Shown here: in pieces, positions 47,290-54,577 of the stretch
How the letters are laid out: the number at the start of each line of letters is the position of its first letter
Position numbering within the stretch: position 1 is the first letter of the stretch
DNA from: an uncultured Gammaproteobacteria bacterium
Lineage (GTDB): Bacteria; Patescibacteriota; Microgenomatia; UBA8517
DNA length: 64,000 bases
Assembly (NCBI GenBank): GCA_964366085.1
Contig: CAYISM010000001.1
Coordinates: 17,211-81,210, forward strand
Direction of reading: 5' to 3'
The notes under the pieces: generated by a model
Databases searched by the model: none
Told to the model about the DNA's origin: nothing
Seen by the model: only the letters and a program-made list of their open reading frames with translations
Made by a program: the position numbers and the translations under genes

Positions 47290-47778
47290 TCACTCGACCT
47301 TTAGAAGTTCTACTTCGAAGATTAAAGTTGCGTTGGGGCCAATTACGCCACCCGCACCGTTTTCCCCGTAACCCAAATCAGGTGGAATCGTGAGCCGGCG
47401 CTTTCCGCCAACTTTCATTCCGGATACTCCCAAATCCCATCCTTTTATAACCTCGCCGACGCCTAAATTAAAGCTAAATGGTTGCTTTCTGTCATAAGAA
47501 CTGTCAAATTTGGTTCCATTCTCAAGGGTTCCCAAATAATCAACAGTTACCTTTTTGCCGGATACTGCTTCCTCTCCCGTACCAATCTTTATATCTTCGA
47601 TTTTTAATTGATTCATATCTTTTTCCTTCTCTTGATTAATGATATCAGACGGGGAACTTTGCGTCTCAATTAATGACGGATTAATTTCTTTTTTGTTTCC
47701 ATCCTTCAAAAAAATAAAGGCAATTAAGGCTACGAAAATTAAAATAACTATTATCAAGACAATTTTGACTTTTGACAT
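47290..47778 (-). CDS. FKBP-type peptidyl-prolyl cis-trans isomerase with N-terminal membrane anchor
   Basis: VTVDYLGTLENGTKFDSSYDRKQPFSFNLGVGEVIKGWDLGVSGMKVGGKRRLTIPPDLGYG. Confidence 0.8.
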   Translation of the reverse strand: MSKVKIVLIIVILIFVALIAFIFLKDGNKKEINPSLIETQSSPSDIINQEKEKDMNQLKIEDIKIGTGEEAVSGKKVTVDYLGTLENGTKFDSSYDRKQPFSFNLGVGEVIKGWDLGVSGMKVGGKRRLTIPPDLGYGENGAGGVIGPNATLIFEVELLKVE

Positions 47779-47800
47779 GCTGAAATATTTTAGCACTCTT

Positions 47801-47995
47801 TCAATTTGTAAAAAGATGGTAAAACTTATCATTTTCATCGTGTCCGGTTCTTGAAAGAAGGGTTGCGTTATATCCGAAGGCTGCTTCGTCAACGGTCAAG
47901 CCGGGAGGAGTATTAAGAATTCTATAAGAAAAAAATAAGGCCAGGGCGATTAAAACGATGCCCGCCAGAAAAATTTTCTTTAAAGTTTTATTCAT
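47801..47995 (-). pseudogene. Truncated N-terminal fragment (64 aa) of an ArnT/PMT_2-like GT-C glycosyltransferase
   Basis: TM helix then LTVDEAAFGYNATLLSRTGHDENDKFYHLF, which closely parallels the first-loop DE motifs of the genes at 655-2358 and 2374-3942. It stops after 64 codons and sits 10 nt from the left direct repeat. Confidence 0.4.
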
Positions 47996-48005
47996 TTCTT
48001 ACTCT

Positions 48006-48026
48006 TCCGCCTCTGCTGGAAAATGC
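48006..48026. repeat. Left copy of a 21-bp perfect direct repeat TCCGCCTCTGCTGGAAAATGC; a degenerate match continues about 25 nt further
   Basis: Exact match to 54503-54523. The flanks AATGGGGTACTGCACAG and AATAGGGAACCACACAG are also similar. Confidence 0.8.
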
Positions 48027-48071
48027 CAGTTAAATGGGGTACTGCACAGCATGGATCTAAATTATCCAATC

Positions 48072-51000
48072 TCATCCTGTTTGATCAATTATGTCAAAAA
48101 TCCGTTGTCGCTCCTTGATATCCTCAATTTTTGGACCAATTACTTCTTTAATTGCTGCTTTGGGATCAACTGTATGATTCATAATTGCAGCTACCCTTGT
48201 CGTTGCCCTAAGAGAGAACGGAAAATCAACCTGCTCTAAGCTTCTGCCACTTTGATAAGCATCGAAGGCTTCTCTGATTTTGTTGGCAACTTTTACGACA
48301 ATAAGTAGACGCTTTACCGCATCCTCTCGCTCCGCAGTTTTGAACTGTTCTCCCCCTTTACCTTGCTCTTTATTTACTACCAAATTCCAGAGCGAAACAA
48401 ATTCCGTTTGATTAAGCGCTTTAAGTGGTTCCATCATCTTGGCTGCCATTTCTGCCTCGTCCGAGCGATACCTCACTTGATTCTGGCTACCCGTTTCCTG
48501 CAAAGGTGGATAGCCATACAGTAAAATATCAGCTCTGTCTTTGACCTCTGGTGATAACTTTTTGGTTCCAATATAACGAGTAGGATTCATGTCTCCAACA
48601 AACAAAACGCTTGGATGGGCACGAATTTGTTGTTTTCGATTGCCCTCTGTAACGAAAACCGAACGACGATAATCAAAAAGGGAGTTGAGCAATTTGAGGA
48701 CTTCCGGTGGTAATGTATTAATTTCAGTGAAGTCAATCATTGTCCCTGGCCTTTGTATACCATTAATGAGTTGAGAGGGAATCTTTACAGTTCCTGTCTT
48801 GGGGTCAAACCAATATTCATAGATCAAATCCTGCCTTTCCATGGAAAAGTTACATGGAATCGTAACAATTTCCTCGTTAGTAAAATGGCCGAACATGTCC
48901 CAAAGAACATTTTTGCCTGCGCCAGCTTCACTCTCAACGACCAAAATCCCATCCTGCATCTCTAATTGTAATTTGGCTCTCTTGGCAATCCTGCCATGCA
49001 TTTCTCGCATGTATTGAGTGTAAACCCATTTTTCATTCCAAGTCGGGACTGTCCTTTCTTGGGCCGCAAAAAACGCTCGAGCTTCAGGAGTAGTCAAAGA
49101 AATTACTTGCTCAGTAGTAGGATCAGTTAAGGATAGGGGAATGGACCCTAATCTATCAGGAACAAATTCTCGGCCGCTAGTGTCCGCATAGACTAAATGA
49201 CCAAATTGACTGCCTGGAGACAAGGGGACAATTTTTGGTGCCCAAGCAGCTTTAGACTGGGCAAAAACAGGAAATTTTTCCCCTGCAAAATCAACCTCGC
49301 CTGCTTTTTGTAATACTCCTGCACTTTTAGCAATACGAAGATTCGTGGTTGCCTTAGCTAATAATGCCTCTAGTTTAGTCTCCTCTTCTTGCCTCAATTC
49401 TGACGGGAGTGAGAGAATTTTTGCTCGCAGTTGAATAAGTTGGGGACTTCTTCTCAGCCTTTCCAAATCCGCATTTGATGCTACCGTTTCTATAATTCTT
49501 GTTTCAAATTCACTGACGCCCTGACGGATAATGTCAACTTCGCCGACCAATTTCGTCCTTTTCGCTTCTTCTGCTAGTACCGCAGACTGCCTGATTTGTT
49601 CTCGTTTAGAGTTTATTACTCCTGATAATTTTTGCTGCCACTCAGCTGCTGCCTTAGGATCTTTAATGAAAAAGGTAAGTTGATCAAACTTGAGAATTGC
49701 TTCGTGGCCTGAGAGGTCAGAAAGCTCATCGAGAGAGCCCGCCCTGTCAATTAACGCTTGTACGCGGGTTAACTCTCCAGGAAGAATTGAGGTGATTTGT
49801 GCTTGATAATGCTCAACTACCGTATCTCTTTTCTGTTTTAATGCTTGGATTCTTTCATCTATTTCCCTTCTCTTCTCCGGATCAATAATATTGGCCTTCC
49901 CTCTTTCTAACTCCAATTCTGTTACTTTAGCATCCAAATTGGCCGCTTGGTCGACAGTTTTTATATCTTTCCCCAAAGTTTCGACCCGACTAATTGCCTG
50001 GGCAAGTCCCTCGACTTGAATGGCAGAAATTCTGCCACCGATATCAGCCTCCATTTTATTAAAGCTCTGGGGGTAGTCTATAAATCGTGAATCCTGTTTG
50101 AGTCTTTCTATATCTGAGGAGACCAGAGCCAATTCATTAGGAGTTTTAGCCTTATTAATTCTCTCACCAAATAGCTTCTGTAACTGGGCTTCAAGTGCTT
50201 TATTCACGTCTATTTCAGTAAATTTACGCGGGGTTCTGGCTTGCGCGGTGTCTACAGTCAAGTTCCCGGCTGCTTCTATCAGTTGACGTAATCTTTCCTC
50301 ATGCTGTCTTTTAACTGCTTCAACACCCCCAGGTGGAATACCTGCAAAGTTGGTCTGAACCAGGCGGACTCGATTTTGATCGTCTGAAAAATAGATCTGT
50401 CCATCAGGCGCTACCGTCATATCTCCACCGACTCCATCGATTTCCTTTACTTTTTTACCCGAAGCTTTGTCAACGATTACCAATTTGCCTGAGGTTTCAC
50501 TTGGGTCTTTTTTAACTGTCAGAACAAAAAAATTGCCATTTGGTTCTAATGCAAAGTCTGTCGGTCTACCTCCTAAATCTTCCATGGGGACTGGCCGAAC
50601 GTCTGGATTTCGGCTTTTGACAGAAGAAATGTTTATCGTTTGAACTTTCCCGGTGGCTTGATCCAAAACATAGATCAGTTCAGGATCGTTGGGGTTATAA
50701 GAAGCCTCTTGAGTCAATTGTCTATAAAGAACTTCCTTAGTTTTCGGATCGGTAATTGTTAATAAGCCCTGATAATCCCGTTTCATTTCGACATCGTATT
50801 TTGTAATACTTATTGTTTGTTCTCGTGGTGTTGCTAGTTGTGGGGGAATGTCGCTAATAGATAATATGCCATCCCCTCCCATTATCTTTGAATCGATTAG
50901 TGAACGATATCTCCACTTACCCGGTGAAACAATCTGACCTTTGTTGGCAACTTCAGCAATAATTGGTTTTCCAGCAACCACTATTCTGATGAAATTCCCA

Positions 51001-51581
51001 TCAGGAGAGATCTCAAGATGAGGGTCTACGGTTAAGAGAGGAGTTGTTCCAAAAACAGTTTTGGGCGATTGAGCCAATCCACTTCTTAGCTTACTCATTT
51101 CTATATACAGTTTTTCATCACTTTTTTCTACTATGTTGTGAGTGATTTGCTTGGCAAGTTCAAATACTTTACTAGCCAACTCTAACCCTATCGGTTCAGA
51201 TAGATCTTGACAGTACTTCTTTGGAAATTCATCAAAACGTACCCAATTGCCGCCTTTTTTTGTGGATAATTCAGCAATATCCTCCAGTGTTAGTGCTCGA
51301 TAAAAAGGTAGAATAACTTTGTCTCCTTGATTGTCATAAATGTCAATAACGTAGCCGTTAGGTTCGCCCCGAACAACAAATGTATAACCCCGCGCGGCTG
51401 TAATACTTTCAATTCTAGTTGTGGAATTGTCTTTAAGTATTTCTGGTGGTTGGAGTTCGGCTTGAACGAACGATCCCAAACCACTTTCGGCAGGTACGGG
51501 CCTGAGAGCGTCCCCCATTTGTCCAGTAATTCGTTCTGATGCAAGTGGTTCTGTCATTTTATCCGATAATAAAAGCTTCAA
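48072..51581 (-). CDS. Giant multidomain protein: N-terminal NHL/beta-propeller-like repeats, long coiled coil, C-terminal MoxR/AAA_5-like ATPase module with non-canonical Walker motifs
   Basis: 1169 aa. The repeats include VAPDGQIYFSDDQNRV and EPNGNFFVLTV. About 400 aa are heptad-rich. The C-terminal module reads ESEAGAGKN (Walker A-like), MIDFTEINTLPPEVLKLLNSLFDYRR (Walker B region, D to T) and VLFVGDMNP...LSPEVKDRADILL (sensor/Arg region), which parallels MoxR. Confidence 0.65.
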   Translation of the reverse strand: MKLLLSDKMTEPLASERITGQMGDALRPVPAESGLGSFVQAELQPPEILKDNSTTRIESITAARGYTFVVRGEPNGYVIDIYDNQGDKVILPFYRALTLEDIAELSTKKGGNWVRFDEFPKKYCQDLSEPIGLELASKVFELAKQITHNIVEKSDEKLYIEMSKLRSGLAQSPKTVFGTTPLLTVDPHLEISPDGNFIRIVVAGKPIIAEVANKGQIVSPGKWRYRSLIDSKIMGGDGILSISDIPPQLATPREQTISITKYDVEMKRDYQGLLTITDPKTKEVLYRQLTQEASYNPNDPELIYVLDQATGKVQTINISSVKSRNPDVRPVPMEDLGGRPTDFALEPNGNFFVLTVKKDPSETSGKLVIVDKASGKKVKEIDGVGGDMTVAPDGQIYFSDDQNRVRLVQTNFAGIPPGGVEAVKRQHEERLRQLIEAAGNLTVDTAQARTPRKFTEIDVNKALEAQLQKLFGERINKAKTPNELALVSSDIERLKQDSRFIDYPQSFNKMEADIGGRISAIQVEGLAQAISRVETLGKDIKTVDQAANLDAKVTELELERGKANIIDPEKRREIDERIQALKQKRDTVVEHYQAQITSILPGELTRVQALIDRAGSLDELSDLSGHEAILKFDQLTFFIKDPKAAAEWQQKLSGVINSKREQIRQSAVLAEEAKRTKLVGEVDIIRQGVSEFETRIIETVASNADLERLRRSPQLIQLRAKILSLPSELRQEEETKLEALLAKATTNLRIAKSAGVLQKAGEVDFAGEKFPVFAQSKAAWAPKIVPLSPGSQFGHLVYADTSGREFVPDRLGSIPLSLTDPTTEQVISLTTPEARAFFAAQERTVPTWNEKWVYTQYMREMHGRIAKRAKLQLEMQDGILVVESEAGAGKNVLWDMFGHFTNEEIVTIPCNFSMERQDLIYEYWFDPKTGTVKIPSQLINGIQRPGTMIDFTEINTLPPEVLKLLNSLFDYRRSVFVTEGNRKQQIRAHPSVLFVGDMNPTRYIGTKKLSPEVKDRADILLYGYPPLQETGSQNQVRYRSDEAEMAAKMMEPLKALNQTEFVSLWNLVVNKEQGKGGEQFKTAEREDAVKRLLIVVKVANKIREAFDAYQSGRSLEQVDFPFSLRATTRVAAIMNHTVDPKAAIKEVIGPKIEDIKERQRIFDIIDQTG

Positions 51582-53809
51582 ATCTGTCTCATTCTTGAGA
51601 CATATAAAAGTGTGTTTCGCAAAACCTGGAATGCTGATTCTGGTAATTGACCGAATGTCTCCGGCACAGCAACATTTTCTTCACCAAAATAGAAAGCCAG
51701 ATCTCTTTTCAACTGCTCTCTTTGGACAGGATCCTGAGCTAGTGCAAAGGCTTTAAGAATGGTACTTGATTTTCTCGTACCGATGTAATCTTTGAGTTCT
51801 TGACCTGTCCTTCCCGCATTAGCTCTACCATCAGAAATGGTGAAAATGGCGCCAAAACTTTCCGGAAAAATCCTCTGCGCTTCACTTGTTTCCTCTAAAG
51901 CTTTTGTTATACCGCTATCTAGATCAGTCGATTCACCACTGGCATTAGTCATAGTTACCAGTTTTTTCTTAATCGCATATCTTGGCTCATCGAAAGGTTG
52001 TGTAAAGTCCATAATTTGTTCCGTTTGACTGCCAAATAATTTGATAGCGAAAGGCATTTCGTAATGCTTAAAAACTTGGGCAAAGAAAATAGCGGTTTTG
52101 ATAGCTACCTCCATTTTTTCGCCCGACATACTACTACTGTTATCGATAAGTAGGGTTGCGTAGAGTAAGGCCTCGGGCAAATCTACGACTTCTTTTCTTT
52201 TAAGGATTCTATAATCTCCTACCGGTATTCTTTGAGCCGCCGTTCGACTATCCGGTCTACTTCCGGTTATAAAGCGTCCTGTTCTTACTACGCGATACTT
52301 TTTGGGAACATACGGGTCGATCATGTCGATGAATCGTCGGGTGTAAGGAAGTATTTCTGCTTCAAGTTGTTGATAACGGCGGTAGTGTTCTAAATCCTGC
52401 TCGTCAAATCCTGCTCGTAACATTTCTGTCTTTTCCTGCATCTTCCCCTCTTTACTTCGTCGTTCCGAGTCCCTTGTCTGTTGAGCCTGTGACTCTTTAC
52501 TAAGACGTTCCATTTCTCCAGTTTCCATTTCTGATAACATTTTTTCGAGCTCAGCCGCTGTTTTTTGACCATTCTTTGGATCTTCCCCCTTAAGATGAGC
52601 CTTGTATTCTCCTGTTTTTTGGTCTTTTTCCATCCGAAGAAGTTTTGGGAGCTCTTTATTTAGTGTTTCTGATTGTTTACGGTCAAGTTCCTCCCGAGCT
52701 TTGGCCATTAATCTCTGTTTTAAATCTTCTGGTAGTTGTTCGATGGCCTTCTCAAGAGCTGCTTCCTGCTCTGGTGATAGTTCGCCTGGTTGTTGATCCT
52801 CTGATCCGCCTTGTTGGCCACCCCTAAGCGATTTTTCAAGTTCTCGCTTCAAGTCTTGAGGCAATTTCTGGGTGGCTTCTCGCCCCGGATTGTTACCGAT
52901 CTCTTCTCCTGATTGCTGGCCCTTACCTTGACCACGTCTCTCTTGTCCCTGTCCTTGTTGACCTTGGCCTTGGCCTTTCTGCTCCTGCTGGAGGTTTTGC
53001 TTTATCTGGTCTTTAGCTTCGTCTTTCTGAGCTTGCGCTTCCAAAACTTTAAAAGTTGGCCAGATTTTTTCTCTGAAGAGTTTGTGATTATCTGCCGGGG
53101 TTGCCCCGTAAAAATATTCTTCTAGTGCTGGTTTTATTTGTTCAAAGGCGCTTCTAACTCTTTCATCTTTAAGAGTGGGTAAATTCTCTCCAGTAAGCCA
53201 GTAGTAAATGACATTTAATCCTAGTTGGTGGGTAATTGGCTGAGTAGATACATGGGGAATAATTTCTGCCGTGCTGGCTGCGTATCTTGTTTTCATCTGC
53301 TGCTCTACTACCGTGGAGTCTTCAATTTCTCGAATATTTACCCAAACATCCTCGGGATAGTTAATTGCCATGGCATAGGTACTAGGCAAAACGCCTTGCT
53401 CTTGTGCCCACCTTTGCCCTTCAAGGAATAATCTATAATCTGTATTATTGACATGTCCCACTTCGTGACGAAGTACACCCAGAACTTCATCCTCTGGCTT
53501 GGTGGCTACTTCTTTCTCATCATAGTGAATTTGGGTTGGGTGAAATGTTGAGTTTGGTAAGCCGTCCAAGGTGGGTCTTTGACCCATGACATATTTCTCT
53601 ACTTCCTCTAAATGTTCGTTGTCTAAACCCGCAGACCAACCCCCGTGTTCTGAAGGAACAACGGTGAGACTATAAGTTCTAGAAAATACCCGTGCTATCC
53701 AAGCCATTTTCTGCTTCCGCTCGGCAACCATTTCCGAAGTCAAAGCCTCCTCTGATCTACTAAGGGCTGATCCAGTCACTTGCACGTTTTTATCTATTAA
53801 CTCGGTCAT
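51578..53809 (-). CDS. HExxH metallopeptidase-like N-terminal domain plus Q/G/E-rich low-complexity linker plus C-terminal VWA (MIDAS) domain protein (DUF2201-like architecture)
   Basis: 743 aa. VLGVLRHEVGHVNNTDY HExxH motif, QQEQKGQGQGQQGQGQERRGQGKGQQ linker, and C-terminal LLIDNSSSMSGEKM...TNASGESTDLDSG VWA/MIDAS. It overlaps the downstream giant gene by 4 bp. Confidence 0.65.
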   Translation of the reverse strand: MTELIDKNVQVTGSALSRSEEALTSEMVAERKQKMAWIARVFSRTYSLTVVPSEHGGWSAGLDNEHLEEVEKYVMGQRPTLDGLPNSTFHPTQIHYDEKEVATKPEDEVLGVLRHEVGHVNNTDYRLFLEGQRWAQEQGVLPSTYAMAINYPEDVWVNIREIEDSTVVEQQMKTRYAASTAEIIPHVSTQPITHQLGLNVIYYWLTGENLPTLKDERVRSAFEQIKPALEEYFYGATPADNHKLFREKIWPTFKVLEAQAQKDEAKDQIKQNLQQEQKGQGQGQQGQGQERRGQGKGQQSGEEIGNNPGREATQKLPQDLKRELEKSLRGGQQGGSEDQQPGELSPEQEAALEKAIEQLPEDLKQRLMAKAREELDRKQSETLNKELPKLLRMEKDQKTGEYKAHLKGEDPKNGQKTAAELEKMLSEMETGEMERLSKESQAQQTRDSERRSKEGKMQEKTEMLRAGFDEQDLEHYRRYQQLEAEILPYTRRFIDMIDPYVPKKYRVVRTGRFITGSRPDSRTAAQRIPVGDYRILKRKEVVDLPEALLYATLLIDNSSSMSGEKMEVAIKTAIFFAQVFKHYEMPFAIKLFGSQTEQIMDFTQPFDEPRYAIKKKLVTMTNASGESTDLDSGITKALEETSEAQRIFPESFGAIFTISDGRANAGRTGQELKDYIGTRKSSTILKAFALAQDPVQREQLKRDLAFYFGEENVAVPETFGQLPESAFQVLRNTLLYVSRMRQI

Positions 53810-53836
53810 CAGTTCAGATACTCCTTACATAGATTC

Positions 53837-53845
53837 ATATTACCA
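53837..53845 (-). promoter_or_regulatory. Extended -10-like element TGGTAATAT upstream of the VWA-protein gene; an AAGGAG SD lies at 53821-53826
   Basis: Minus-strand reading gives TGGTAATATGAATCTATGTAAGGAGTATCTGAACTGATG. Confidence 0.35.
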
Positions 53846-53931
53846 ATTAGCCAGTCCGTAAACAACGAATGATTTTCTGTTACCAAACAAAACTGAAACC
53901 TTTGTAATTGAGGTTACTGACATTTCTTGAA

Positions 53932-54183
53932 CTATTTGTAAATTTCTCTTCTGTGACCAACTCGGAGAATAATGATATTTTTACCACCAATGTCGAAAAT
54001 TACTCTGTAATTTCCAGCTCGAAAGCGATATGTTCCTAATCGAGGATCTGTCAGCTTTTTGGAATACTTGAAAGGGCTCAGAGAAAGAAATTCTAACCTC
54101 TTTTTTATTTTCTTTCTGGCAACTCTGTCCAGTTTCTTAATATCCCTTACCGCAGATTTTGTATAAAGAAGATTGTAAACCAT
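53932..54183 (-). CDS. RelE/ParE-superfamily toxin (YoeB/Txe-like)
   Basis: 83 aa; ...YRFRAGNYRVIFDIGGKNIIILRVGHRREIY; start overlaps the antitoxin stop. Confidence 0.75.
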   Translation of the reverse strand: MVYNLLYTKSAVRDIKKLDRVARKKIKKRLEFLSLSPFKYSKKLTDPRLGTYRFRAGNYRVIFDIGGKNIIILRVGHRREIYK

Positions 54184-54431
54184 TAGATCTCACCAAAAAC
54201 TTGGGAGTGCGAAAGAATATCGCCTTTTTTATATTCCTCCCTGGCTTTTTTAATGCTTGCAATATATTTTTTATTGGAGAAAGCCAAAAGATCTTCGAAA
54301 AAATCTATATTAACCAAGGCAGAAGTTATCCTTCCTTTGCGAGACACGAGAAGAAAATCTTTCTTGGATGAAACTTCCTTGATCGCATCCGCTAAATTAT
54401 TCCTAAGCGTCGCAGAACTTACAACATTCAT
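54183..54431 (-). CDS. Phd/YefM-family antitoxin
   Basis: MNVVSSATLRNNLADAIKEVSSKKDFLLVSRKGRITSALVNIDFFEDL is the YefM pattern. A TGTACAATA -10-like element lies 12 nt upstream. The longer ORF extending to 54542 is unlikely to be the real start. Confidence 0.7.
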   Translation of the reverse strand: MNVVSSATLRNNLADAIKEVSSKKDFLLVSRKGRITSALVNIDFFEDLLAFSNKKYIASIKKAREEYKKGDILSHSQVFGEI

Positions 54432-54502
54432 GTCAGTTTCTATTGTACATCTAAAGTGTACGATATCAAGACAACAGTTCCGGTAACGACATTTTTTGCT
54501 TA

Positions 54503-54523
54503 TCCGCCTCTGCTGGAAAATGC
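54503..54523. repeat. Right copy of the 21-bp direct repeat TCCGCCTCTGCTGGAAAATGC
   Basis: Exact match to 48006-48026. Confidence 0.8.
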
Positions 54524-54577
54524 TATACGAATAGGGAACCACACAGTTAGCTCGCTTACTGCTTGCCCCTTCTAAAC

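Noticed and set aside
48000-53900. Impression that the cassette has a higher GC content than its surroundings
   Set aside because: Spot counts show about 44 percent GC in the cassette, but secA and the rml genes are similar (44-48 percent). The AT-rich regions are the membrane-protein-heavy glycosylation locus and fic. Composition alone does not mark the cassette as foreign, so it is not used as evidence.
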